Shown in pieces: positions 14,391 through 28,837 of a DNA stretch of 64,000 nucleotides. The stretch is taken from contig OX597819.1 of NCBI GenBank assembly GCA_951406725.2, forward strand, positions 21,514,001-21,578,000. The letters run 5' to 3'. Each line of letters starts with the position of its first letter. Position 1 is the first letter of the stretch. This DNA comes from Octopus vulgaris (Eukaryota). The translations under genes were made by a program, and so were the position numbers. The notes beneath the pieces are model-generated. The model had not been told where the DNA came from. It did not search any database and saw only the letters and a list, made by a program, of their open reading frames with translations.

Positions 14391-14646
14391 TACACACATA
14401 TACATGTATACATACGCAAAAATGATACACATATATACACATACACACACACAGACAGATGCATATACATACATATATATATATAAACTACATATCTATA
14501 TAAATACATACATAATACACATATACACACACATATATATACATTCATGCATATACATATACAAGTATACACATACATACACACACACGCGCACACATAC
14601 ATATACACACACACATATATACAAATACATACATACATACACACAT

Positions 14647-14689
<43 letters not shown>

Positions 14690-14720
14690 CACGTACACAT
14701 ATACATATGTATATATATAT
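13283..14720. repeat. Long degenerate (CA/TA)n low-complexity region
   Basis: Direct reading. Confidence 0.9.
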
Positions 14721-14801
14721 CAACAAGGGAGGGTAAAGTTAATTAGTTAATTTCATCAAGTGTTCAGTATGTAAAGGGACCATTATTATTTTGAGTAAAC
14801 A

Positions 14802-14942
<141 letters not shown>

Positions 14943-16340
14943 CATATACGTGGATTGATAGAAGCGGGATTGAGAGTTTATGTCTGTGTATATGTATGCA
15001 TGCATCTATTTATATATCCTGCACACACACACATATATATTATAATATATTACATTAAATTGCCGTATATTACCTGTATATAGGTAAATACATGCGTCAT
15101 CCTCCTACGATAAATAAAATGAATATTCGATGCCATCAGGCCGTTTACGATGATGACTAATTATTGCAATCATATATTCAAGAATTAATACCGGCTCATC
15201 TCAGAAGAAACTTAATTCTGGCTTTCTGATATTCTGTAACCCTTTGCTTTCAGATATTAATTAACAGTAATATGCTCGGATGTAAATTTTCAAATCTCTA
15301 CACTTACTGGGTACCACATACATTGTATATAGCATGTTGTATGTAGCCAGTAATTGATGTTTAAATTTCGCTTGGATAAAAATGATTGTTGCCTCCAGCA
15401 TGATTTTTATCTTGAACGTATGTTAACGTAACTATTTCAGTCCATTTATCGTGCTTCTCTGCTTTTTTTTTCCATGCAAAAAGCTTTCTATATATTATAC
15501 TTTGCTCTTCGTTTCTTCACATCTAAAATCTGCCTTAGCATATTCTTGTTCGTGAGATGCACCGGAGAAAATTTCAGCTAGCGATATCTTTAATATCTAT
15601 AAGTCATAATTAATTAAGGCAAGCACGTTCTCTTACCGGTATTTGAGTACATTCTCTCTATTCTCTTTTCTCTTATTGTCTTTTCAAAATCAATCCACAT
15701 CATTATACATGGTTAATACAAGTCTTTTATCATCGAATTGTAAAATCAGCTATTCTGAAAGTAACAGCTTAGTTCCATTAATGCATCTCGGATATGATAA
15801 TGTATAAATATAACAGGGAAATATAACGCCACCACTCAAACTAATCCAGCTGAACGTTGCCTAGAGCTGCAAGCTATTGCAAATTTAAAAATACGAAACC
15901 AAACACCTATTGACCCTTATCGACATAAAGCAATCTATTGATAACACCCACATTTAATTGATTCATAACACCCGAGAAGAATAGATCCATAAAGCTTTAA
16001 GTAACTAGTTTAGAGCTACTTAAAACCATACTGTATCGATAACACCTGCTTGCTATCGATCTAGGCAGCTCTAAAACAATCAATCGTCAAATACCATTAG
16101 AATGTGACAGAAACAATGTAACACTATAATTTACACTTTTAGAAAACTGTTTTATTAAGTCTGAGTCCCAAAATGTATTTACTGACTACACTGTCTGCAA
16201 ACAAATCATGCAACAGACTGGCTAATGTTACACATTTGTAACGTATTGGCAGCCGTTTTCAAATGAAACTTATTAAAGTTATCCCCTGGTGAAATATTGG
16301 CAATGACTAACTGTACATGTTTCTTCTTTATATACATATG

Positions 16341-16374
<34 letters not shown>

Positions 16375-16824
16375 TATATATATTAGTGTATGTATATATA
16401 TGCATACATACACACAAACGCGCATACACACATATATTTACATGCATACATACATATGTGTATATGTATATATGTATATATTACGCCACTAGAACAATGG
16501 TCCTGCTTGTTATTGAGGGGAAAAACTGGTTGAGTTAGTTTGGTTTCGTTTGGTGATAATAGAGACTGGTGAAATTTTCCAATAAAGAGTTTATAATCAG
16601 AAACTTGGGGAAAAGGAATAGAAACCTAATTCAAAATAAGTGATTATTTTCATGTTAGAATATCTATTCAGTAAAGTAAATTAGGTCATTAACAAGTTCC
16701 ATGGAAGAGAAATTTCTAGTTCATATTTAAGGAAAAACATCAGGTAATGAAGTGATACGAGTTTACCTTTTTAAAAGCCAAAGGTACCTGAATTCAGAGA
16801 ATAAGGTATAACTACATTAACAAT

Positions 16825-17015
16825 GGCTTCAAATTTGGCACATTGTCAGGGAATCGGGCCAGTCGATTTTATTAATTTTAGTGCGCAGCTGGAACTCATT
16901 TTACCGACTACGAAAGAATGACAGTGAAAGTCGATCTCTACGGAATTTGAAGTCGAAACGTAAAGTTTGGAGAAGTGCTGCCGAAGATTTCCTGCGATGT
17001 ACTACGATTCTGGCA
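16825..17015 (-). mobile_element. SINE family B, diverged copy
   Basis: gaaagaatgacagtgaaagtcgatctctacggaatttgaagtc...attctggcagctcacc aligns to the reverse complement of 49555-49700. Confidence 0.7.
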
Positions 17016-18959
17016 GCTCACCCTCTTTTACTGCACATTAACAATGTTGTCTCTTTAACACTGGAGTCGTTGAAGCCCGATTAAAAAATTTCTTTATAAC
17101 CTTTGTCATAAGAGGAGTTCTGGTGAAGATGAACAACAACAATAAGAATAAAAAGAACCAACATACGTATTTGCCCTTATTTCGTTAAGGCTCCAACAAT
17201 ACTTGAGTTGAGCTCAGCAAACCAGTAGATCATTACTTAAAAATATATTTAATGATAACGCCAGCGGTTGTTATAATATATTTTCTAACAAAAACCTGAG
17301 TAGAAAGTAAAGATTGGCATAAAGAATAGAACGGCGAGTGAGCGAAAAAGAGGGGTGTTGTATTGACAGTCGGGGGTGGACTTCAGACAAAAGAACTGTA
17401 GCATAAATGCACATTGCATGAAGTACAATGCTGTCAATACATCAAGTGAAGGTTTTATTTCTGTTTGTGTTTTGTTTCCGGGCAGAATATTTCAGAACAT
17501 TTGTGAACGTCGACCACAGATAAAAGAAACTCTTATCAACTATATTTGACAAGGAAATCTCTCCCCAAACTCTATTTTCAGCTATGCTCCACTACCGAAC
17601 AGCAACTGGGGAAAAACAAGATGAAAAAAGAAAAACTATTTTGACAGATTAGTTAGTCGGATGCGATAAAATATGCCAAACGTTGATGCATTTTATTTAA
17701 CAAACTCTCCAGGTTTGTCGATTTCTTCGGTGATGTACCGACCTAGACTTAATTAAATTGAAGCATAAATGGAAAAGAAATAACGAGTGTTCAGCTAAGA
17801 AAATATGATGGACAGGTAGTTGAAGGGAAACATATCTATCATTATCCAACTTACGTGATGCAATTCCTATATTTTTTCTCGTGCCTGTATGACCAACTCC
17901 TGTCAGATTTCTGTTGTTCATTTTTATCAAATACAACAAACTTGCATTGTTTGCAATGCTTAAGAGAATGACAGGCAGAAATATGCTACAAAACTTGCCA
18001 CTTCTTTGTTTTTAAATCATAATCACTCTCTTTTAATGGACCAACTAAGAAAACTGTTGCAGAACAACTGTGAACGTTACTAGGCAGCATGCCACAGTGT
18101 AATATATTTTGAATTTAAAAAAAAACTTCGAGCTTTTGAGATTACCCGAGCAATTAATGCAATAATTTCCATTCAATGATGCGTGAAGATACATTAACAA
18201 TAATCAAGGGAAGTAACTGCGATATGGACCATGTGATTTTGGAGAATTTAGTCAACGTAATTAAGACCGAATTTGGTGTTTGGTAGCAATTTCTGAAAAC
18301 AACTGCGATGGTTTGCTTTTATTTGTCTTCTTCAAGGATTCTAAATTAATTGGCAAAACTAATAGTGATCTATTTATCTATCTATCTACCTATTTTTTCT
18401 ATTTATCTATCTATTAATCTATCTACCTATAAATCTATCTATATATCTATCAATTTAATCTATCTATCTATCTATCTATGCTAGTTTCCTTGAGGATGGA
18501 TTCATAAAATAAAATTCTAAGCAAGCTTATCGGTCACAATATTTATTAAAATAAATTTGGTTTTGTTAGAGTTGTTTTATTAAGTTCGCAAAGACGTCCT
18601 CAAATAACTTTCGCATATGTGTATGTATGTTTATGGATGTTGGTGTAAATTTGTGAATGTGTGAGAGTGTGCGCGTATTTGTATTTGCAAGCGCAGTGTG
18701 TGTATGTGTGTGTGTGTGTGTGTGCAACTGTGCACTTGTAATTTGTGTATCGACAGAGCAAGTCAAGTATAACATACGGTCACGTGCCCCACTTTGATTG
18801 AATGTGCTTGGGTGAATTGGTTTGTAGATACGCTAGTAGTAGTAGTAGTAGCAATGTCGGCGTTCCGTATGATGTTTCCTTCCAGATGTCTCTTACTATT
18901 GACAGCTGTTATCAATAGAGTCTATCTCTTTAATCTTATCGCTTGCTTTCACCGTCTCC

Positions 18960-19940
18960 GCCATAACATTAATAACAAAACTACCACCACCACCAACAAC
19001 AACAGCAGCAACACCACCGACAACAAAAACAACACCAATGGCGACAAGAACAGTTCGAATAGCAACACCGAGGTCATCTGCCACCAAGAACAGCAATAAC
19101 ATCAACAAACGACCTGCAAGAAAGAATAGTCAAACCTCCCTCAAATATAATACTGCACATTTAGTAAAAGACACACTGGACACTGTTCTGCTGAGTTCCA
19201 AACATCTGGAGAAAAGACAGGGTGGGCATATTTGGATTGCCTTTGGTTATAACTGTGCTTGTGAAAAGTAAACCAGGGGATAAACATCTACAGTTACGAA
19301 TTCTGTCACCAACGGTAAAAGGCCAGCGCCGTCCTCACCACTTCCACTCATACCAACACTCACATAGCAACAAGGACTAAGAGAACACCAACACCATCTA
19401 CGCCATCTACCCTTTAAAAAAGTACAAACATGCCCACCACCACAGATGACAGCATCGACATAAATGCTGCCAACACCACAATAGCCGCGTCATCACTATC
19501 GACAACATTAATGAAGCCGAAAACAACAACATCAACAATAGCGTCAACACCCACATTCATAATACGTAAAGGAAGAGCAGCAACGTCTCTTTTACCACAA
19601 CCACGACTACAACCATTACCCCATCACCACCACGAAGACTACTATCACTACCACCAGCGACATCACCACCATCACCCCCACTCCGACCGCCATCATTAGT
19701 TAATCAGTAACTCCATTTGCAATACCAACGTCAACTCTATCAATACAGTCACAACAACAAGACAAGCAACATCAACAAAATGAATTTCCCAGGCGGCATT
19801 AAATCACATGCGAATAGCAGCCAAATCTCCCTCAAGCCGCAACTTAGGCCCCACTCAAAAATCAAATAGTATTGTCCTACAAATATATAATAGCAAGTTC
19901 GATAGTGGCCTACTCGACAACAACTACAACAACAATTCGA
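18960..19940. repeat. Degenerate (CAA/CAC)n trinucleotide-rich region
   Basis: Runs of acaaca and caccac; T/N/H-rich ORFs are artefacts. Confidence 0.7.
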
Positions 19941-20038
19941 CGTGTAAGATACTTGGTATTTGACTTGGAAGACAGTTCCCAAATTATCTCAGTTGCAAGT
20001 TGGAAGCAATCATCGTCACAGGCAAGGGACACACTGGG

Positions 20039-20087
<49 letters not shown>

Positions 20088-20312
20088 ATAAGAAAATGGA
20101 GAAATACATCTAATACAAGATATTAGTAATTTGTGATAAATCATTTTACCTTTGCCCATATAATACAGTAAATGAATTGATTGCATCGCAATCATTAAGA
20201 TTTATGTATTAACTTTGTTGGGTACTTCACTAGCAGTATATTGGATATATGTTATCCCATGGAGGGTTGCATTTACAACACCTATCTGAATTTGTATATA
20301 TATATATATTCA

Positions 20313-20469
20313 GGCGCAGGAGTGGCTGTGTGGTAAGTAGTTGCTTAGCAACCACATGGTTCCGAGTTCAGTCCCACTGCGTGGCACCTTGCTCAAGTGA
20401 CTAGTATAGCCTCGAGTCAACCAAAGCGTTGTGAATGGATTTGGTAGAGGAAACTGAAACAAGCCCGTC

Positions 20470-20555
<86 letters not shown>

Positions 20556-20748
20556 GTCAGAGTTTGTCCTCCCAACATCTCTTCACAACGGATGCTGAGT
20601 GTTTACGTCCCCGTAACTTAGTAGTTCGGCAAAAGATCCCGATAGAGTAAATGCTATTCTTGCAAAGAATAAGTCCCGGGGTCGATTTGCTCAACTAAAG
20701 GCGGTGCTACAGTATGGCCGCAGTCAAATGACTGAAGCAAATAGAAGA

Positions 20749-20750
<2 letters not shown>
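20313..20750 (+). mobile_element. tRNA-derived SINE family A with internal (TA)n(TG)n and LINE-like 3' tail
   Basis: A-box tggctgtgtgg, B-box gagttcagtccc; tail ggcggtgctacagtatggccgcagtcaaatgactgaa; multiple copies in window. Confidence 0.85.
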
Positions 20751-20806
<56 letters not shown>

Positions 20807-20861
20807 GAAGAGATACATATGCATGCATACACATGCGTATATGTGTGTATGTCTGTGTGAG

Positions 20862-20892
<31 letters not shown>

Positions 20893-22202
20893 ATACATCA
20901 GCAGGTTGGTCATGGTTCGAGCGTCTTTAATTATAAAATGAGTTGGCCAAAGCTAACCGGAGTTATAAAGCAAAAACAGCAACAACTCTCTTCCTCTCCC
21001 TCCTCACCCCCACCCTCGCCGCCACCTCTCTCTTCTCTGCGCCGTTTGTCTGTTTGATGTTCACAAAATATCAACATCTTTGTTTATGAGAGAATCTTGT
21101 TCTTCAGTTCTCTGCTTCTTGTTGACTTGAAGTAATTACTTGCAAGGAGCGAGATAGCTTTGCCAATTCGGGTATTTAAAAGGATTGCTTATTAAATTTC
21201 ACAGAATCGATCGAAATGTTGTTAGAAAATGGCGAGATTTAGCATAACTGACCTTGTCCGACACGATGCCAATTAAAATGCCAGTGATATATCTATAGAT
21301 CAAAAACAAAATTAGGTCAAGAGTATAAAATTTTGCTCGCTCCACCCCGTCCTAATGTTACTCATACTATCTCCATAATCTCACGTTCAATAACTTCAAT
21401 CGTTTCTTCCGAACAGCTTTTTACTGAATCACATAGTAACACGATGGAAAGTTAACAGGAAAAGCACGCTTCTGATTCAAATGTTCATATCGCATATTTT
21501 ATTAACAGCGCTTCTTCCGACTTATTCTGAATTGTAATGTATCTAATCTCTCCTCCATCTCCACCAACAACATCATCAACACCACCACCACCACCACCAC
21601 CACCATCTCCACCATTAACACAACTACCACTACCACCATCACCACCACCATAAAAACGAACGCAAAGTTAAGTGATAATATTACTACTCGATGGTTGTGC
21701 AGATTTAAATTTTTCTGTCAGTCCTAGTTTTATGGCTATTTGACATGCCTTTTTACTGTTCAAATTACAGAAGAATATTCATGCAAGAGTCCGCATTCAT
21801 CTGCTGTAATGGCAATCTTCGGAGTTTTATGTTGTAGTGACATGCTCTGCTGTGATTTTCTATATTCTCCGGATTATTTTTATTTTGTTCTTTTTTACTT
21901 TCTGCGACGACTACACATCGCACATTATCCTCCGTTCCATTCCTCTCCTGCTATTGTCTGTTGGTTTGAAGTTTTATAAATTAACTTTGTATTTGAAATA
22001 GAATAGTAAGAAAGTAACAGAAGTTGTTTTCCTTTTTTTTTTTTTGTTTTTTAAATGTTAGCTGGTCACGAAACGGCAACTGAATTGAAAGCTTTTGTTT
22101 ATTGAAATATGTAGCCATAATGTTAACTGTCTCACACTCGCCATTGCTCCATTAACATGCTGTATCTTTTGTTAACCAATAACTTGTTAAAATGAATGTT
22201 GT

Positions 22203-22580
22203 GCGCAGGCGTGGCTGTGTGGTATGGAGTTTGGCTTCCAAAACACACGATCCGAGGTTGACTCTTATTGCATGGTACCTTGGGCAAGTATCTTCTACTA
22301 TAGCCTCGAACCTAGTAAAGTCTTGAGACTGGATTTTCTGGACGGAAACTGAAAGAAGCCTGTCTTATACGTGTATGTATATATGTGTGTGTTTTGTGTT
22401 TGTTCTTCCCCACCACTTGACACCGGGTGTTGATTTGTTTTACGTCCCTGTAACTTAGCGGTTCAGCAAAACAAACTGATGGGATTAGCACCAGACATAG
22501 GTGCTGGAGGTCGATTCGTTCGAGTAAAATGTTTCAAGGTGATACGGGGGCATGGCCCCATGACTGAAACAAGAGACAGA
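22203..22580 (+). mobile_element. SINE family A copy
   Basis: gcgcaggcgtggctgtgtgg...ccttgggcaagt...ggaaactgaaagaagcc...gtaacttagcggttc...atgactgaaacaag, colinear with 20313-20750. Confidence 0.8.
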
Positions 22581-24548
22581 GCAGACAGCTGGTTTAATAG
22601 GGAACGGGACATCAACAGTTCGCGTCAGGTCAACTGCAATGTATGGCATTGTGGGCCGATTCACTTGTCCTGTGGTAAATTGCTATGGAGAGGAATGGCT
22701 AATGGCAGTAGCAGTAATATCACTAAGAAATGCATTGAAGAATTCTTTTGTTCTCAGATCGCAATGTTGATTTTAAATTGTTTCTTTGGGAAATGCTCCA
22801 TTCAAGTGACTGGCAACTTATCCATGGAGATAGGGATTCTTCTTCCTCCGTGTACGGTGGAAGAATTGGGGCGCATCAAAAAATGAAACCATTGAGCATC
22901 GTGAAATGAATAAATTGTGTAAATCACATAAACGTGGCACTGATATGTTGTTGATGTTGTTTTTCTTGCTGCTGTTGTAGTTGTGGTAGTGGTGGTGGTG
23001 CAAGCTTTTTAACCGCTTGGTGTGTACAGAGGGCGGTTTGGGTACCATTTACAGCATGTCGGGCGATGGCGTACAGAATCTCATGTTGGCTTGTGTCGAA
23101 GAGGATCATTCGTATACGAAGTTGGTGAAGCAGGCCACATTAAGCATTGGTGAAGAAGCAACACGCTGAAACCGCGATTCCATTTCACTGTAAACATTTA
23201 CCAGTAACGATTACTGTTAACATGGGAAACAACGTTCGAGTCAATATTCAAAGACTTCCTTCACTTGTTAATGCAAGTTTATACTAAAAGATTATTCCTT
23301 CGATATGTGTTGCATTTATTTCTCATTGAATTTAAAAGGGAAAGGATTGGCATAGCCACATTCATGGATGTTTCTGAAATCGTTAAAGCTAAAGATGCTT
23401 AACTACAGTGCCTAGCTTTCGTATAGCTGACACGTCATCACCCCCCCTCTCTCTCTCTCTCTCTCTCTCTTCTGTGTCATCAGTAGTTGTAAAATAATTA
23501 CAAAGCGCTCTATGTTTGGGTCAGATGATCTTTTTCCGCCCAGGATAATCAAAGAAGAGCGCAATTTGACGGGGTAAGCAGCATCATGCCTCCCGTCCAG
23601 CTGTCACTGTAATATCATCGAAAGAGTTGAGCCAGGAAAGGATTCCAGTCACAGGCGTTTGCTGTAAATATAAAAATAACCCGTTTGGGACCACACATGG
23701 ACTACCATTTGACAAAGTATAAAAAGTCTGAGGCTTCCCGTCCAAGGGTTAATCAATGCAAAAACTACTTTATGGACAAGCGACCTCGATAAGTTAATTT
23801 GGTACTTACCAACAGAGACCCTCACGTGTTCCTGGATAGACGATGCCTATATAGATGTTACATTACTCTCCCTTTTGCCATCAATCGCACGATCCCTAAT
23901 TTAAAACTTCTGTAGACTTCATTGCATAACGGAGAGCCCTTGGAAGACAAAAGGCAACGCAATTTGTGCGACAAAAACCAATCGATTGCATCAAACCAAT
24001 TATTTAGATTGCTTTCTTTTCGTTTTCCCAGAAGGATGATTTCATCTCTATTCGATCTTCTACCGTAAGAACACGTTACCTCCGCAATAGACCGCTAGAA
24101 ATATGTATAACGAAAGATACAATAGCAAGGAGGGTTCTATATGAAACGAATATGACATTTTCTTTTTCTAACTTCAGCTAGCGTTTGTATGAACCTTCAA
24201 AATTTATTCATTACTAGATATCATGTAACAAGAAATGCAAATAAATAACTATTTATCTCGTCTTATCATATTTCGCTGTTTCTTCGTTATCACCATCACC
24301 AGCTTAGCTTCTCTGCATACGTACACATATACAATGACACGGGAATCATAGATACACACATACACAAATGCACACACATACACCAATCATATCCACAAAA
24401 ACGACCGCACGCACAACATTTTGATCTTAGTCAAAAATACATACAAATATGCTTGTGAGCATGTGTGTGCACGCGTATATCATACATGCATAAAGTGTAG
24501 ATATTATTACATATACGTATATATCCATATACGTGTATACATACGTAC

Positions 24549-24589
<41 letters not shown>

Positions 24590-24631
24590 CGGGAGAGGGA
24601 GAGAGAGAGACATGTGTATAAGTATATAAAT

Positions 24632-24683
<52 letters not shown>

Positions 24684-24730
24684 GTCTCTGTATATATATT
24701 TACATACACATTGTGTGTGCGTGCGTGTCC

Positions 24731-24781
<51 letters not shown>

Positions 24782-25442
24782 ATAAAGAAATATATATATA
24801 TATATATTTATACACGCGCGCGAAAACACGCACAACTGACTCGCACAAACATAACGCGCTCTGCAACCTAATTTAGAGAAACAATACTCTAATATACACA
24901 TTTAGTCATTAGCTGCTCTTTATTTTTGCTTCATAAATCTCTCAAGAAACACAAAGTCACGTAAATCAGTTTCTTATCTCACTCAGGATTCAATTATATT
25001 TTGGCTTCCCAATATAGCAGGGATAGGAAGATGTTTATATATATATATAATAATATATATATATATAATATATATATTATATATATATATATATATATAC
25101 ACGAGGTTTATTCATTGAAAAGAAGCCGTAATAATCAATTCAGTAAGGTAATTTAGAATATATTTAAAATTCTTTCACCACTTGTTCTGTCTGTAAGTTC
25201 TAGAAGTCGTCGAAAAGTGTTTCAAGCATGAAGGAGTAAACACTGTTAGCACCTATGTGTCCTTGGACACGGCTGCCGCAATTTCCTCATGTATCATTCG
25301 CTAAATTCTCCAATCGTATGTGAATTGAATCAGATATCAAAACTGTGCAAAGAACGGAGGTCAAATATGTCTATAACAAAACTAATGAATATAAGCGTTT
25401 ACCTATCTACCTATCTATCTATCTACCTATCTACCTATCTAC

Positions 25443-25478
<36 letters not shown>

Positions 25479-26279
25479 ATGTAATTATCATATAAATGTT
25501 CATTGTCCAAGCTACCATGGGTTTATATATATATATATATATATATATGCGTAGGTACTAATGTTATAAAGAAGAAACTATCTCCCTCCATAAATATCCA
25601 TCAATGCAAACATTTCTCATTGTCTAACTTTTCTCTTTTCCTTCTCTGAATCACTGTATCACATCTCTGTATAAGCACGCACACACGCACGTGCGCACAT
25701 GCACATAATGCACGCACGCACCCACACACACACACAAACATATATTCATTACATGAGATCCAAAGATTCTCTGTACAGAACACAGAAGTGCTCAAGAGTT
25801 TCAAATTTAGACTCCGATGTCTTTATAAGGGATCAATTCCACAGGTGAAGGAATGGCTATTAGGGGGATCAAGTTGAACAGATTTGGAGGCTATTATGCG
25901 GATAAACAAATTAAATATATTAAATATAGCAGTTTGGGCATGAAATACACATTATGTATGTATATATTTATACACCCAAATCAAGAGAAAGCAAAAGCTG
26001 GAAACCTTCAGACTATGGATAATTATGTATGAATATATAAATATTTATATTAATAGATCTACCTTACATAGTTTACAAGCGACAGAGAAGAAACGTGTTA
26101 TAAGTCAAACAGCTGTTTCTGGGAGCTCGGAGATCCATCGTAATGCTGATATAGTTCATTACAATATGCGGTCGTAATGGAATCAATAGCCATTTGATAA
26201 ATCGAACCCCCGTCATCTGGGTAGAGAAGATCTTACATTCATATCATATTGAAGAGTTCTTCTGTGAAATGATTAAATG

Positions 26280-26986
26280 TGGAGAGTTAGGCTGTGGGGT
26301 TAAGGGGAGTGTCAAGACAGGTGAGAGGAGGTAAGAGAGCTAGTTTAGGAAATGGGGACGGTGTTAATAAAGAGGGTATCAAGGAAGATTGTATTAATGG
26401 TAGAGAGTTGGGAGATGAGTAGTAGGGGTGGAATAGGTAGTAATTGAAGTAGTTGCAGTTGATTTGGGGTTTCTGTACAGATGTCAAGGTATAGGGAGCA
26501 AAGCTGTAGGTTTATCGGTATTTGAGATAGTGAGAAAAGGGATGACAATTATCTGAAGGATGAAAAATGTCTAATTCAGTGTCGGAGAGAGATTAATAAG
26601 GTATGCAGAAAGGTATGAGAGAAGAGAAAGGGAGGCGGACAGAGTGGCAACGAGTAGGTAGTCAATGTAACGGTGGTTAGTAGGATAATGATGATGGGCT
26701 GGGAATGGAAGGGGAGTGGAGGAAATTGAATAGAGGGAGAGAGAACTTAATAGGTTAGCAGCCAAGTGAGGGGGTGTAGTTTTAAATGTTTTTGTTTGAA
26801 GAGGGAAAATCAGACAATTGGAAAATAATACCACCTGCGAAGATGGGGAGGACATGAGGGAAGTGGGATGTGATGGGTGAGGGGATCTTGCAAAGGAATA
26901 ATTTAATAGGAAGGGGTGTAAGTTGCTAGACTGACCTAGTTGTAACCCAAGTTTAATTATAATTAAGGATAACCATAATTATGGGA
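26280..26986 (-). mobile_element. Probable pyrimidine-rich 3' UTR of the PLE
   Basis: Strong G/A skew on + strand, directly downstream of the endonuclease stop on the minus strand. Confidence 0.5.
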
Positions 26987-27415
26987 TTACATAGATTTAA
27001 TAAAATGGGCTAATGAAGAGTAAGACTTGTGTTTACAAGAGAGTATTACGTCTGAACATTTATTAAGTAATGGGGGTCGTGGTTGCGAAGTATGGTTAGC
27101 GAATCCCTTAAACACAATTTACAAATACCAAGGTTTGTGTTGTATGGAGGAGCGTTACGATGGACCAAGATAGGGAAAAGGGAACATTTGGGGGTTTGAG
27201 TGTGTATATAAGTCGCTAAAGAGATAGATAATTTAGAATTTGTATCGTAGAAAAAAATTCATGTGTGTTTGGTAGCGGCGCTTGAAATCAATAGTGCCGC
27301 CGATATAGTCCCCTGCTTGATGGGAGCATGATTTTTATAACTCGGCACTTGTAGACTACATTTTTGCGCAGAGAGAAGCCTTCACGGGGACATAGTTGAG
27401 ATACCTGACAAAAGT
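26987..27415 (-). pseudogene. Penelope-like element C-terminal GIY-YIG endonuclease, frameshifted
   Basis: Manual translation: C-QVSQL-CPREGFSLRKNVVYKCRV / DYIGGTIDFKRRYQTH / SLATYIH / SWSI / APPYNTNLGICKLCL / LNKCSDVILSCKHK; VVY...YIG..R..H pattern typical of PLE endonucleases; not in the ORF track. Confidence 0.8.
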
Positions 27416-27699
27416 TTTCCTGCCAGCTCTGTGGTTACGCCCAGCTATACATAATTCGACACATAAGAGGGATGTTAAAAGTCAAGCGTTGTCTGTACTT
27501 GCAGTTTTTTGAAGTGATCATATGGCTCTGATGAAACGAACATGAATTTTCTGAGGTCATTCGATTCTCCTATATTAATCAATAGATCAATTCAGTTAAC
27601 TCATCAGTAATGTACCTGTAATTAATTCTGGAAACAGCTGTAAACTAAATTTGCCCCAAGAAAGGAAAAGTATGCAATGACTATTATTTGAAACTTGCT

Positions 27700-27765
<66 letters not shown>

Positions 27766-27777
27766 GTGTGTGTGTGT

Positions 27778-28076
27778 GGAGGCGCAATAGCCCAGTGGTT
27801 AGGGCAATGGACTCGCATTCGTAGGATCGCGGTTTCGATTCCCAGACCGGGCGTTGTGAGTGTTTATTGAGAGAAAACACCTAAAGCACCACGAGCCTCC
27901 GCAGGCGATGATGGCGATCCCTGCTGTACTCTTTCGCCACAACTTTCTCTCACTCTTTCTTCTGTTGGCCTGATCGCTTAGCCAGCGGGGTGGCGTCATT
28001 TAATGGCGAAAAAGACAATGCGAAGCGCATTGTGACCAGCGATGTGTAGCAACATCTGATAGCCTGGTCGGTCACG

Positions 28077-28080
<4 letters not shown>
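27778..28080 (+). mobile_element. tRNA-derived SINE family C
   Basis: A-box tagcccagtgg, B-box ggtttcgattccc, tRNA-like head, ~300 bp, lying between (TG)n and (TA)n. Confidence 0.8.
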
Positions 28081-28113
<33 letters not shown>

Positions 28114-28154
28114 CTTTCATTGGATGGATATGTGTCATCTTTTTTTGTTGTTAC

Positions 28155-28196
28155 CACAACGTTTCGGCTGATTTACTCTCTAGCCATCATCAGGTG
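28155..28196 (-). ncRNA. Type I minimal hammerhead ribozyme
   Basis: CAC-CUGAUGA-uGGCU-agagaguaaauc-AGCC-GAAAC-GUU-GUG; palindromic ACGU stem III as in PLE minimal HHRs. Confidence 0.8.
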
Positions 28197-28290
28197 TCCT
28201 GGTAGAATTTTGATCCCAACCCTGGGTTTTCATTCTTAAGTTATTGTTGCTGATGCTATTATTATTATTATTGTTGTTGTTGTTGTTATT

Positions 28291-28837
28291 GAGTGAGAGA
28301 GCAGTGCATGCCATCAAAGTGACACTGGGGTACAAATATACAAAGCTGATTACTACCTCTCTGATAAGGGTACACCAGGCACATGCATCACAACCATATT
28401 CTGCAACATGGTGATCTCAATCAAGATAAACTGCACATGACCTTGCAGGTGTCGCCCAGTTACAATTATCTTCTGGCCGAGTAGCACATCCCGCTCAAAA
28501 GGTCCCTGGATAAGGGTTGTTTAAGGATGTTGAACGAAGCACCCATGTTTCCAGAGGTGAATTAGTCAAACCCCAAAGAATCCCTCTCAACACATGGCTA
28601 TGGTGCTCCCCCACTACTTCTGATCGTGATCAGAGATGCGCATATAATCAGCCACTAAGGGACATGTTCAACCGGTTCAGGTCAAACAACTGACAAGCAA
28701 ATCTGTGGTATTGAGCAGAATATTTGCTGCAGGCCATCTTTTATACCAAGACAAAAAACAATGTACATGACAACACTTCCAATCGGTTGAGATCAGAAGC
28801 CACGATAGCCACTGCCTGGTTCTGCATCAGGGCATTT
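28291..28837. mobile_element. Unclassified ~550-bp interspersed repeat inserted in (TTA)n
   Basis: Colinear second copy at 48415-48935; both abut (TTA)n. Confidence 0.85.

Noticed and set aside
22580-23210. Possible RNase H / LINE remnant on the minus strand (EILYAIA)
   Set aside because: Too degenerate to support without a profile search
27525-27545. CTGATGA-AACGAAC as a hammerhead
   Set aside because: No stem II and no properly placed GAAA/stem III
27778-27852. Functional tRNA gene
   Set aside because: Imperfect cloverleaf that continues into a SINE body with no poly-T terminator
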